From the NCBI GenBank assembly GCA_038087875.1, contig JAXLNO010000470.1, forward strand, positions 62,001 to 126,000: DNA of 64,000 nt, in the 5' to 3' direction. The notes beneath the pieces were generated by a model. That model saw nothing but the letters and a program-made list of their open reading frames with translations, was not told the DNA's origin and searched no databases. Both the position numbers and the translations under genes were made by a program. The stretch's first letter is position 1, and every line of letters begins with the position of its first letter. Source of the DNA: Malacoraja senta (taxonomy: Eukaryota). Positions 50,277 through 63,298 of this stretch are shown here, piece by piece.

Positions 50277-53236
50277 GTGGTAATAACGGCAGGGGTAGAG
50301 GAAATAGAGCAGGGTATCAGTGGGGAAACGGAAAATCAAAATGTGACAGGAGGATCCAGAATGTGTGAAGATAAAGCTCTAGATGTAAAAGAGGCAAAAA
50401 CAGAAAGGAAGGGTAGTAAAAATCATCTGAAAGTGCTGTATCTAAATGCACGGAGTATTCGAAATAAGATAAATGAATTAACGGTGCAATTAAGTATATA
50501 TAGTTATGATATCGTGGCCATTACGGAGACATGGCTGCAAGGGGATCAGGACTGGGAGTTAAATATAGAGGGGTACTCGACAATTAGAAAAAATAGACAG
50601 GAAAGAAAGGGAGGAGGGGTGGCCCTTTTAATAAGGGAGGGAATAACGGCAATAGAGAGGAAGGATATTGCGTTGAAGGATCAGGATAGTGAAACAGCTT
50701 GGGTACAGATAGAGAATAACAAGGGGAAAAAAACACTAGTGGGTGTAATTTATAGACCTCCAAATAGCTGTGACGCTGTTAGTCAGAACATAAATCTGCA
50801 AATAGTTGACGCATGTAAAAAGGGAACTGCTGTAATCATGGGGGACTTCAATTTTCATATTAATTGGGCAAACCAAACTGGGCAGGGTAAACTAGAGGAA
50901 GAGTTTATAGAATGTATTAGAGACGGGTTCCTAGAACAGTATGTCACAGAACCGACAAGGGGGGAGGCAATCTTGGATCTGGTCCTGTGTAATGAAGCAG
51001 GATTAATTAAAAATGTCATAGTTAGGGACTCGTTGGGAACAAGTGACCACAATATGGTCGAATTCCATATTCAAATAGAAGGGGAGCAGGTTGAAACTCA
51101 GGCTAGGGTACTTAGTCTAAATAAGGGGGATTATGAAGGTATGAGGACTGAGCTGATCAAAGTTGACTGGGATAGCAGACTCAAGAATAAGACGGTACAT
51201 GAGCAGTGGTGTACGTTTAAGGATCTACTGTATAACCTTCAAGAAAAATTTATTCCTATGAAGAAAAAAAGGGGTAAGGGTAAGAACAGTCAGCCATGGC
51301 TCAGTAAAACTATAAAGGATAGTATTCGGCTGAAGGCAAGGGCATATAAGGTAGCCAGAGATAGTGGGAGGGTAGAGGATTGGGAAGCATTTAAAGGTCA
51401 GCAAAAAATAACTAAGAGATTAATTAAGACGGGGAAAATAGACTATGAAAGGAATTTAGCGAACAACATAAAAACTAATAGTAAGAGTTTTTATAGCTAT
51501 ATAAAAAGAAAAAGGGTGGCTAAGGTGAACGTTGGTCCATTGGAGGGTGAGACTGGAGAGTTGTTGGTGGGGAACATGGAAATGGCAAAGGCATTAAACG
51601 AGTATTTTGTATCAGTCTTCACCATAGAAGACACAAAAAATATTCCAACGCTGGATAAACAGGGGGCGGTAGGAATGGAGGAGCTAAATACTATTAAGAT
51701 CACCAAGGAGGTGGTATTAGGGAAATTAATGAGACTGAAGGAGGATAAATCCCCTGGGCCTGATGGATTACATCCAAGGGTTTTGAGGGAGATAGCGGTG
51801 GGAATTGTGGATGCATTGGTGATAATTTTCCAAAACTCCCTGGAGGCAGGAACGGTCCCAGTGGATTGGAAAATGGCCAATGTAACACCTATATTTAAAA
51901 AAGGAAGTAAACAGAAGGCGGGTAACTATAGACCGGTTAGTCTAACATCGGTGGTGGGTAAAATGTTAGAGACAATTATTAAAGAAACACTAACGGGGCA
52001 CTTGGATAAACATGACTTCATCGGACAGAACCAGCATGGTTTTGTGAAGGGGAAGTCCTGTTTAACGAATCTGCTCGAATTCTTTGAGGAAGTAACAACC
52101 CGGGTGGATAAAGGGGAACCGGTGGATGTGGTATACTTGGACTTCCAAAAGGCTTTTGACAAGGTGCCACATAAGAGACTATTGCTAAAAATAAAAAATT
52201 ATGGGATTGGGGGTAATATATTAGCATGGGTAGAGGATTGGCTAACAAATAGGAAGCAGAGAGTGGGGATAAATGGTTCATATTCGGGATGGCAACCGGT
52301 AACTAGCGGGGTTCCGCAAGGGTCGGTGCTGGGACCCCAGTTGTTCACAATTTATATAAATGATTTGGAGGAGGGAACCAAGTGTAATATATCAAAATTT
52401 GCGGACGATACAAAAATGGGAAGAAAAGTAGGGGATGAGGAGGATAGGAAGAGTCTGCAAAAGGATATAGATAAGCTAGGTGAGTGGGCAACAACTTGGC
52501 AGATGAAATTTAATACTAATAAATGTGAAGTCATTCACTTTGGGAAAAAAAATGATAGGGCAAGTTATTTTCTAAATGAGGAGGAGCTGCGCTGTAATGC
52601 AACGCAAAGGGATCTAGGGGTAGTAGTACATGAATCACTAAAAGTTAGTATGCAGGTGCAGCAAGCTATCAGGAAGGCCAATGGAGTTTTGGCCTTTATT
52701 GCTAGGGGGATTGAGTATAAAAACACGGAGGTCTTGCTGCAGCTGTACACAGTATTAGTGAGACAACATTTGGAATACTGTGTACAGTTCTGGGGTCCAT
52801 ACTTAAGAAAGGATGTACTGGCCCTGGAGGCAGTGCAGCGAAGGTTTACAAGATTAATTCCTGCAATGAGGGGATTGACATATGAGGAAAGGTTAAGTAG
52901 GCTGGAACTCTACTCTTTGGAGTTTAGAAGAATGAGAGGCGATCTCATTGAAACATATAAGATCGTGAGGGGCCTTGATCGGGTGGATGCACCGAGGATG
53001 TTCCCAATGATCGGGGAAACTAGAACTAGGGGACATAGTTGCAGAATAAGGGGGGGCTCTTTTAAAACTGAGATGAGGAAGAACTTCTTCACCCAGAGGG
53101 TGGTTAATTTATGGAATTCACTGCCCAGGGAGCAGTGGAAGCAGAAACATTAAATATATTTAAGTCTAAAATAGATGGTTTTTTAGCTGCCAAGGGGATA
53201 AGGGGCTACGGGGAGAGGGCAGGGATATGGACCTAG
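50277..53236 (+). CDS. CR1 ORF2p (APE plus RT), open for about 950 codons, frameshift near 53130
   Basis: [41 protein letters not shown]; start codon uncertain. Confidence 0.95.
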
Positions 53237-53562
53237 GTAGGGTTAGTATAGTAAGACCTGAGTGATCTCCTGGACAAGTGTCGATCGCCTGGATTGGGGT
53301 CGGAGAGGAATTTCCCGGATTTTTTTCCCGAATTGGACCTGGGTTTTTATCCGTTTTTTTTCCTCCCCCAGGAGATCACGCGGTTCTTGGGGTGGAGAGG
53401 GGTGATAGCGGTATAAAGGGGAGGGTAGTGTCTTGTGTTCTGTGTCTTGTGTCTACTGTTTGTGGGTAGGGGTGTTTGTTTGGTGTTCAGCCATGAGCGA
53501 ATGGCGGTGCGGGCTCGATGGACCTGGTGGTCTGCTCTCGCACCTACTTTCTATGATTCTAT

Positions 53563-53778
53563 GGGACGCAGTGAACACATGACACGTACGATGAGGCAGT
53601 GTGATGCTTGCAGGATGTGGGAGGCCAGGGAAACGGACGGGGCCTCTGGCTGCTACAACTGTGGCAAGTGCGTGTCCGGGTTCAGCTCCTGAAGGGACCG
53701 TGTTGGGGCACTGGAGAAGCAGTTGGATGACCTCAGGGCCATCCAGGATAACGAGAGTTTCCTGGACAGGGCCTACAG
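53563..53778 (+). mobile_element. CR1 ORF1 N-terminal fragment, another family
   Basis: CDACRMWE..CGKC..LKDRVGALEKQLDDLRAI. Confidence 0.75.
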
Positions 53779-54468
53779 GAGCGGAGCGGGCGATGCCTTG
53801 CATGGGTCGCCGCGGGGGGTCGACGCGCTGGAGCTCCGGTATGCGGTGACCGCCGAGCTCAACACCTCCGGGCTGCGGGTCTGTGGAGCGGCCAGCCGCG
53901 GGCGGCGGCGCCGACTTTAACATCGGGAGCCTCGGAGCTCCAAATCGGCGCGGCCTTGTCGGCTTCAGGTGCCACGGACTCCGGTAGGAAACCGGCCGTT
54001 CCAGCCGCTGCGAGGACTCTCCCGACGCCGGGGCAACTGCACCCGGCGAGAACGGCCAGGAACATCGGGCCTCCGTAGAGGCAACTGTGGAGGCCTCAAT
54101 AGGCCTGACTTTGGGGAGAACTGGGGTTGGGGACTGGACATTGTGCCTTCCCCCACAGTGGTAACCATTGTGGGGGGATGATTTTGTGTAGTGTTAAGTG
54201 TCTATGTTAGTCTATGTCCAACATGGCGGTCGGAAGGGAGAGTGTACGCTGGCGCGGTTTGGCTGCCGCTGCTCACCCTTCACATTGTGTTTCTGAATTT
54301 TGTTGTTGTATTTTTTTGGATCGAATTTCTGTTTTTAATTTATGTATTGGTGATGTCTTTATAACTTATTTTACTCTGATTACATGTTTCTTTGTTAAAT
54401 TTTGTAAGGTGTCCTTGAGACTTTTGTATAGGCGCCCTTAAATAAAATCTATTATTATTATTATTATT
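53779..54468 (+). mobile_element. GC-rich non-coding retroelement with L2-like tail, copy 1
   Basis: Homologous to 57575-58170; gtaaggtgtccttgag..aaataaaa(tta)n. Confidence 0.7.
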
Positions 54469-54469
54469 A

Positions 54470-55650
54470 CAGCGAGGTTGTCTCGCCGAGGTTACGGGAA
54501 GAACGAAGGTGTGAAAGGTTTGCAAAGGAGGCTAGAATATCTGAGAAGCAGGAAATTGAGTTGAGAATGAGAAAGAAGGCATTCCAAAAAAGATTGAAGT
54601 GGGAAGACAGAACGGTAGAAGAAGAGGAACAGGAAAAGAGGGATAAATTGATGCCACTGCTTTTAAAACATGGAGCAGGACAGACACAAATTATCCTTTG
54701 GGGAACCCAGAACCTGAGAGGGCTAAAAAATACCTTACCCAATATTCCTGATGGGGCAGGAAATGGATTAGGGCTTTGGTGGAGGAGAACGCGGGACACT
54801 CATTGACTTTGGGAGATTTGAAGGCACTGTTGATGAAAGTGATAGGAACCACTAAACTGACAGAACTCCTGAAGATGGCTGGTTTAAAAATGCTGTGAAT
54901 AATGCAATGATCAATGGCACGCCGTTTGACCAGTCAGGCAGAGGGTATGGACAGGCCCTCAGACACTGTTGCCCAATGAAGGTGGACCCCAAGGCATTAA
55001 GGGGAGACCCACTGGGGGGAGGCAAAGAATCCAGCGGCCTATCTGGAGAACCGGCCGCAAAGGTGGAGACTGGAAACTGAACAAGAAATAGGAGGCAACC
55101 AGTTAATGAACACTATGTTTCGAACCACTGTGGTGGATGCCATGCCTCCTCAAGTCAAGCCTAGACAGGAGGAGGTGGTGGGATTGTCATCTGTGTCCCA
55201 CCCCCAGTTCAGCGATCATTTGGTCCACGCGGTCGAGAAATATCGCAACGTTAGAAAAAGACTTGCAGACCGGTAGGAAGAGGTGCGGAGAAAGGTGATG
55301 CCAATGTAATTTGAAGAGCTCAAAAAGAAAGAGCGTGAAAAAGGAAAGACAATGTTGTCAGTAACAACAGACCTGGTTGAAAAGACCGAAATAAGTGATG
55401 CTCGGACACACAGTGAGTCCTACGACAGAGCCAAACGGGGGCCAGAGAATCCCATGCCGATAATAAAAGTCTTTGGGGGAGCGTTTCCTCAAATGCCCTA
55501 TCAGGAGCGAAATAAATCTGGATATAAGCCCAGACAGGACTGGGGTCCCCAAGGGAGGAAGGGATCTCAAGGAGGAGGTCGAGGAAGGCTGGTAAGGAGG
55601 CAGGTAATGGATAAGGTGTGCTGGGGATGTGAACAGGTACGGAAATCAGG
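54470..55650 (+). pseudogene. Degraded retroviral-type gag (possibly lokiretrovirus-like)
   Basis: MPLLLK..W..L.GL..LPNIPDGAG, LGDLKALL, VDPKALRGDPLG..NPAAY, EEVVGL, RG-rich tract, CWGC knuckle start. Confidence 0.65.
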
Positions 55651-55663
55651 AAATAATAATAAT

Positions 55664-56685
55664 ATTCCAACTATAAACATGTGGATTTCAAATATGTTCG
55701 AAACATTACACCTAGAAGAGATAAGACTCCTCCTGGCAGGTAAACCAGATCACTTCCACCTGACGTGGTCTGCATTTATAGAATTATTACAAGTATAGGG
55801 CGCAAAAGTACTTTAAAAAAACTGAGGTCAGGTAAGGGGGGATGAAAGCTGGAGAGTTGGTATGTCCCATTTGCATGATGCTTACAACAAAGTATTTGTT
55901 TTTCTCTTTTCCCTCTTTCTCTTTTTTCTTCTTTTTTAGGGTCTATTTCTTAATTCTTTTTTTTTTAAATTTCTTTCTTATAGGGTCTTTGTTCTTTTTT
56001 GTTGTCACGTTTTTTACACTTTCACTTTTTTCCTTCACTCTCTCCTTTCTCTCAATCTCATCCTTCCCCTTTATTAGTGTAAAAAATAACGGTATGGTAC
56101 AGCAGCTGCACTGTTGCGGACAGGAAGGCACCACAACGGGTGGTGAAAACCGCGCAGCACATCATCGCTGCCCCACTCCCCGCCATGGATGCCATTCACC
56201 GAAAACGGTGTCTGAAACGGGCTGGGAAGATCATTAAAGACCCCTCCCACCCCAACCATGGACTGTTTGCCCTCCTCCCATCAGGGAGGCGGTACAGGAG
56301 CCTCAGGTCTCGTACCAGTAGGATGAGGAACAGCTTCTACAATTATACCGTCGCATTGCTGAACTCGGAGTCCTGCCGATAGATTCCTCCGGTCCCTCCG
56401 TCCCCCATTGTTAATTATTCTGTATTTTTGATTATTCTGTATCCTCTTTTGAAAAAAAATTCTATATTGCACTACTACTACGGACTGACGCAAAACTGCA
56501 TTTCGTTGTACCCATACTCAGTATTTGTGCAATGACATTAAAGTTGAATTGAATTGAATTGAATTGAAATGACGGAGTACATTAATTGTAATAAGATATA
56601 TGTGACAAGTACTAGTGTAATTGGTTGTAATGTAATGTACTTCTAATAAATAAAAATTTAAAAAAAAAATAATAATAATAATAAT
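55664..56685 (+). mobile_element. L1 3' fragment (C/D family) split by a Rex1 fragment
   Basis: Matches 19545-20094. Confidence 0.9.
56093..56566 (+). mobile_element. Rex1 3' fragment
   Basis: QRVVKTAQHII, DPSHP, LLPSGRRYRS; (aattg)n tail; aaataacgg/aaatgacgg flanks. Confidence 0.88.
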
Positions 56686-57132
56686 TATATCAAGATAGTG
56701 GTGAATAAACAAGACCGGCCGGGTACAGTTGCCGTCGTGGTAGCTCCGCGGAGACTGTGCGTATTTTTTAACTTGTATGTTCATTTTTAATTTATTTCGA
56801 AGTACGACAAGGAAACAAACTCTCGTAAAACTAAACTTTAACGTAACCGTAGACTTTTTAAACACTGTACTGACCGATCCAGCAGAGATCAACAACAACA
56901 GCGAAAAATCTCGAAGAAAACATCGGGGTAAGCGGGAAAGATTCGGAATAGGCTGAGAGCCCAAGCCTTCCGTCCACCTCTGCCCAGCATTCTTCTGGCG
57001 AACGTCCATGTCCCTGGATGACCTCAGGGCGAGGATCAGATTCCAGCGGGACATAAGGGACTGCAACATCCTCCGTCTGACCGAGACATGGCTGACCTCG
57101 CTGATTCCGGATCAGGTAATCGGCCCAACCGA

Positions 57133-58221
57133 TTTAAATTTTGGAAAAATACACCCATACCAACGCTTAAAATGTGGATTTCAAGCGTGTTGGACACCGC
57201 ACATCTTGAGCAAATGCGATTCCTCCTAATAGATAAATCAGACCAATTCTTAACGAGTTGGTCTCCATTTGTCGACATTTTGGAAGCATATGGTGCAACA
57301 GAATCGTGGAAACCAACTGTTTCAGGACTGGGTGAAGGATGGTCAAGAATATAAATAACGATCTCCTTAATCTCTTACTTTCTACTCTTTCTCTTTCTCT
57401 CTTCTTTTCTTCACTTTTCTTCTTTCACCCTTTTTTCCTTCTCACACACTATATATCACACGTTTTTCTATCTTTTATTATCTATTCTCTCTTTTTCTTT
57501 TTCATTATTAAAAAAATAATAAGAAGAAGAAGAAGATGTACATAAAATGTATTATGTCAATATATATTAGGCACCTTGGTGATCAACACCGTCGAGCTGC
57601 GGGACAGCGGAGCGGTGCCGACTTTAACATCGGGAGCCTCGGAGCTCCAACCGACGCGGCCCTGTCGGCTTCGGAAGCCACGACTCCGGTGGGGAATCGG
57701 CCGTTCCAGCCGTCGCAGCCGCTGTGAGGACTCTCCCGATGCCGGAGCAACATCGCCCGGCGAGATCGGCCAGGAACGTCGGGCCTCCGTAGAGGCAACT
57801 GTGGAGGCCTCAGTAGGCCTGACTATGGGTGAACTGGGGATGGGGACTGGACATTGTGCCTTCCCCCACAGTGGTGGCCATTGTGGGGGGCCTTTTTTTT
57901 GCGTGCGGATGGTTATTTTATTCTGTATCCAAGATGGCTGCCGGAAGGGCGAGTGTACGCTGGTGCGGTTTAGCTGCCGCTGCTCTCTCTTCATATTGTG
58001 TTTTTGATTTTTGTCTTTGGATTGAATTCTGTCTTTAATTTGTGTACTGGTGATGTCTTTACTATTTATTTCATTCCGCTTACATGTTTTTACCCTATTT
58101 GCTAAATTTTGTAAGGTGTCCTTGAGACTCTTGAAAGGCGCCCATCAATAAAATTTATTATTAATCTTATTATATGACTGTACTCACTTCTAATAAAATT
58201 TAAAAAATTAAAATAAAATAA
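57133..58221 (+). mobile_element. 5'-truncated L1 (same family as 4646-5192)
   Basis: 15 bp TSD aatc(g/t)gcccaaccga at 57118-57132 and 58222-58236. Confidence 0.9.
57575..58170 (+). mobile_element. GC-rich non-coding retroelement with L2-like tail, copy 2
   Basis: Homologous to 53850-54468. Confidence 0.7.
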
Positions 58222-58340
58222 AATCTGCCCAACCGAATCCTTCACTGTTTACCGTGCTGACAGAACGGAAGCATCTGGGAAATCCAAGGGTGGAGGAGTC
58301 TGATTCATGACCAATAATAACTGGTGCAACCCTGGAAATA

Positions 58341-60960
58341 GCGCTAGTCTGCCTAGCCCTGGTTACCTCAGTGTTAGTTCCACTGATTCTTCCCCATCCT
58401 TCTCCTACTATGGGACCCCTTCTCTTCCCCACCCACATTACAGCCCTCTCACCCCCCACCCCCTGACCACCCACCACCCCCCCACCACCCACCACCCCCC
58501 CCACCACACATCGCCTCGTCCCCATTCCACCCACCTGCCTTCCTCCGGCCCCAACCCCCATCCCTGCCGGGTGTTCACCATCCCCCCCGACCTCCCCCTC
58601 TCCGACATCGAACGGTCTGTCCTCAGCAGAGGTCTTACCTTTGTCCCCCTCCGTCCCCACCTCAATGAGTTCCGCGCCCTCCATGACTTGGAACGCTTCT
58701 ACCGTCGCCTCCGCCTCACACCGCACTTCCATGGGAAGGAGTCCTCGCCCCCCCACTGATGACCCCTTTTCCCGTCTCCAACGCACCCCCTCCTCGTGGA
58801 ACCCCCCTCGTAGCCTTCCAGCTTTAGAACTCTTCATCAAAAACTGCCGCCGTGACATCAACCGCCTCAACTTCTCCACTCCCCTGTCTCACTCCAATCT
58901 CTCCCCCCCCTGAACGCACTGCCATCGACTCACTCCGCAACAACCTAGATTGGGTTATCAAACCCGCCGACAAGGGAGGTGCCGTGGTAGTCTGGCGCGT
59001 CGATCTCTACAAAGCTGAGGCCACGCGCCAACTCTCGGACACCTCCTCCTACTTACCCCTGGACCATGACCCCACTGACGAGCACCAGGCCACCATCTCC
59101 AGCACCATCACCGACTTCATCCACTCCCACGCCCTGCCCGACCGAGCCTCCAACCTCATCGTTCCCCAGCCCCGCACAGCCCGCTTTTACCTTCTCCCCA
59201 AAATCCACAAACCTGACTGTCCCGGTAGACCCATTGTCTCTGCCTGTTCGTGCCCCACCGAACTCATCTCCACCTACCTCGACTCCATCCTATCCCCCTT
59301 GGTTAAATCCCTCCCTACCTATGTTCAAGACACCTCAGACACTCTCCGTCATCTCCGCGCATTCCACTCTCTAGGCCCTCACCCCCTCATCTTCACCATG
59401 GACGTCCAGTCATTGTACACCTCCATCCCCCACCAGGATGGTCTTGAAGCCCTCCATTTTTTCCTCGACCGTAGAAGCAATCTATACCCGGCCACTGACA
59501 CCCTCCTCCGCCTAGCGGAGCTGGTCCTTACACTTAATAACTTTTCATTTGACTCCTCCCATTTCCTCCAAATACAAGGCGTAGCTATGGGCACACGCAT
59601 GGGCCCCAGCTACGCTACGCCTGCCTCTTTGTCGGGTACGTTGAACAATCCTTGTTCAATACGTACCAGGGCCCCATCCCCGACCTCTACCCTCCGCTAC
59701 ATCGATGACTGTTTTGGTGCCACCTCCTGCACCCACAACACAACTGACTGACTTCATCCGCTTCACCACCAACTTCCATCCGGCACTCAAATACACCTGG
59801 ACCATTTCCGACACTTCCCTACCATTCCTTTACCTCACTATCTCCATCGCAGGTGATAGACTTCATACCGACATCCACTACAAACCTACCGACTCCCATG
59901 GCTATCTGGACTACACTTCTCTCCCACCCTGCTTCCTGTAAGGACTCCATCCCCCACTCCCAATTCCTCCGTCTACGCCGCATCTGCTCCCAGGATGAGG
60001 CGTTCCACACCAGGGCATCCGAAATGTCCTCATTCTTCAGGGAACGGGGGTTCCCCTCCTCCACCATAGATGAGGCTCGCACCAGGGTCTCTGCCATACC
60101 CCGCAACACTGCTCTCTCTCCCCATCCCCCCACTCACAAGGGCAGAGTCCCCCTAGTCCTCACCTTTCACCCCACCAGCCGTCACATACAACAAGTGATA
60201 CTCCGTCAGTTTCGCCACCTCCAACGTGACCCCACCACTCGCCACATCTTCCCATCTCCCCCCATGTCTGCCTTCCGCAAAGACCGCTCCCTCCATAACT
60301 CCCTTGTCAATTCTTCCCTTCCCTCCCGTACCACCCCCTCCCCGGGTACTTCCCCTTGCAACCGCAAGAGATGCAACACTTGTCCCTTCACCTCCCCCCT
60401 CGATTCCATCCAAGGACCCAAGCAGTCGTTCCAGGTGCGACAGAGATTCACCTGCATCTCCTCCAACCTCATCTACTGCATCCGCTGCTCTAGATGCCAG
60501 CTGATCTACATCGGTGAGACCAAGCGCAGGCTTGGCGATCGTTTTCGCCGAACACCTCCGGTCGGTCCGCAATAACCTACCTGACCTCCCGGTGGCTCAG
60601 CATTTCAACTCCCCCTCCCATTCCGTATCTGCCCTCTCTGTCCTGGGTCTCCTCCATGGCCACAGCGAGCAACACCGGAAATTGGAGGAAATGCACCTCA
60701 TATTCTGCTTGGGCATGGAGACATGAACATTGAGTTCTCCCAACTCTGCTAGCCCTTGCTGTCCCCTCCCCTTCATCAGCCCTCTGGTTGTCTCCTCCCC
60801 TCCCCCAGCCCTCGGGCTCCTCCTCCGCCTTTTTTCCTTTTTTCCTTTCTTCTGCCCACCCCCTATCAGTCTGAAGAAGGGTTTCGGCCCGAAACGTTGC
60901 CTATTTCCTTCGCTCCATAGTTGCTGCTGCACCCGCTGAGTTTCTCCAGCATTTTTGTGT
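58341..60960 (+). mobile_element. Penelope-like element (RT plus GIY-YIG), frameshifted
   Basis: 12 bp TSD accctggaaata; IKPADKGGAVV, LPKIHK, GRPIVS, DVQSLYTSIPH, GVAMG, RYIDD, LIYCIRC..YIGET. Confidence 0.95.
60871..60899 (+). ncRNA. Minimal hammerhead-ribozyme-like motif in the Penelope 3' repeat
   Basis: CTGAAGA-a-GGGT(TTCG)GCCC-GAAA-CG-TT; stem I weak. Confidence 0.5.
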
Positions 60961-61969
60961 ACCCTGGAAATATTAAGATGCTTTCTCATTCCTGCTCGAT
61001 CTCCATATCGGCCCTACACGGTGTGCTATGTCGAGATCAAAACAAGAACCCTGATGAGGCTATGGTGGTGGCTGGAGGTTTTAATAAGTCAAATCTCAAA
61101 AAGGTCATGCCTAACTTCTGCCAACACATCACGTGTGCCACCAGGGGGGAAAATAACTTTGGACCACTGCTACATGCCGTTCAGGAAAGGCTACAAGGCC
61201 GTTTCTCTCCCTGCTTTTGGAAAATCTGACCACGCTGCCATTTTCCTGCTGCCGGAGGATAAACAACGGACAGTACGGGAAGCGGCAGAGACGAGGGACG
61301 TAAAGCGGTGGTCCCACCAGTCAGAGGCCATGCTGCAAGATGCACTGACTGATGTCGACTGGAATATGTTCCAAGCAAGTTTCAGTGACGTCAGTGAGTT
61401 CGCGGAAGCGGTCACGGACTTCATCGCAACAATAGCCGTTAACACCGTCCCCCACGGTAAAGGGTTTAGCACCTTTCCGAATCAAAAACCCTGGGTGGAC
61501 AGGTCCATTTGCGTTGCCTTGGCGGCTCGCACCGCTGCCTACAACTCCGGCCTGGCATCCGGAAATATGGACGTCTACAAGGTAGAGTCCTACCGACTGC
61601 GAAGGGCGGTGAAGGACGCAAAAAGGAGGTACAGGGACAGGATGGAGTCGCAGATGGAGCAGCGGGCACCAGACGCATGTGGCGGGGGCTAGGGACTGTA
61701 ACTAACTACCGGAGCAGCCCCACCCCCCTCCTCAACCAGGAGTGCCGGCACCCTCCCTAGCTGACGAGCTGAATCTTTCTACGCACGATTCGAGACGGGC
61801 AACATCACCCCTAGCTCGCCGGCTAACAACAACACCGCCAGCGCGCTGGCTAGCGAGGCTGGGGGGCGGTCCATCGCTGGTGAAGTGCACACGTTCTCGT
61901 TGTCCGAGAACGACGGGAGGAGGGTTCTGACACGTGTGAACACGAGGAAAGCTGTCGGCCCAAATGGTA

Positions 61970-62437
61970 GGTACACAAAAATGCTGGAGAAACTCAGCGG
62001 GTGCAGCAGCATCTATGGAGCGAAGGAAATAGGCAACATTTCGGGCCGAAACCCTTCTTCAGACTGATAGGGGGTGGGGGGAAGAGGAAAGGAAAAAATG
62101 AAAAAGGCGGAGGAGGAGCCCGAGGGCTGGGGGAGGGGAGGAGACAACCAGAGGGCTGATGAAGGGGAGGGGACAGCAAGGGCTAGCAGAATTGGGAGAA
62201 TTCAATGTTCAGGCCCCCAGGATGTAGACTGGCCAAGCGGAATATGAGGTGCATTTCCTCCAATTTACGGTGTTGCCCGCTGTGGCCATGGAGGAGACCC
62301 AGGACAGAGAGGTCAGATACGGAATGGGAGGGGGAGTTGAAGTGCTGAGCCACCGGGAGCTCAGGTTGGTTATTGCGGACCGAGCGGAGGTGTTCGGCGA
62401 AACGATCTCCGCCAAGCCTCCGCTTGGTCTCACTGTA
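61970..62437 (-). mobile_element. Penelope 3' fragment, inverted
   Basis: 11 bp TSD cccaaatggta; reverse complement of about 60513-60962. Confidence 0.93.
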
Positions 62438-62849
62438 CCCAAATGGTATATCTGGGCGAGTACTTAAGTCTTGTGTACTCCAGTGCTCAGCACAATATTT
62501 ATCCTCTCCCTGGCCAAGTCCGTGGTCCCTGCCTGCTTCAAGAGATCCACCATTGTACCTGTACCAAAGATTGCCTCTCCGGCTTGCTTGAATGACTACC
62601 GACCGGTGGCCCTCACCTCGGTAGTCATGAAATGCTTCGAGAGGCTGATCAAGAACTACATCTGCGCCTTCCTCCTTCGCAACATGGGGGGGGGGGGGGG
62701 GACCCGCTACGGTTCGCATACCGTCCGAACAGATCCACGGACGATGTGGTCTCCCAGGTCCTGAATACCGCTGTATTGCATGTTGACAGCCCAAATCAGG
62801 GCTATGTGAGGATGCTGTTCATTGACTTCAGTTCAGCCTTCAATACGAT

Positions 62850-63298
62850 AAGAGATATCGCAGCATCAAAGCCCGGACTACAAGACTGCTAAACAGCTTC
62901 CTGCCATATGCTGTGAGGCTGCTAAACAGCCACTCTGTACTCACAGTCACCTGATTCTGCGGCTTGGCACGGACACTATAATAACTGGCACTGGCCACTT
63001 CAATAACTGGCACTGGCCGCACTTCAAGAACTGGCACTGGCCACTCAAATCAGCCACCCCGGACATGTTTATGATTGGTCTTACTGTATTTTAACGTTGT
63101 TTGTATCTATTTTAACTTATACTGTTCCATCAGGGACTGGATTGTTTTAGTGTTGTTATTATTATTATTATGTGGGAAATGTTTTAAACGTCATGTGCGA
63201 TGCTCCGGTATTCCCAGGGAAACGTCTTTTCGTTTTGCACAGCACAACTGTTGCTTGCAAGATGACAATAAAGGAATTGAATTGAATTGAATTGAATT
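62850..63298 (+). mobile_element. Rex1 3' fragment inside Rex1
   Basis: RYRSIKARTTRLLNSFLPYAVRLLN; (aattg)n tail; gata on both sides. Confidence 0.85.

Larger units (their letters stand above)
48971..53562 (+). mobile_element. Nearly intact full-length CR1
   Basis: GC-rich 5' UTR, ORF1, ORF2, 3' UTR ending (ttctatga)n. Confidence 0.95.

Noticed and set aside
41931..52750. Recurrent antisense ORFs over CR1 ORF2
   Set aside because: Shadow frames of the coding strand repeated because the copies are homologous.
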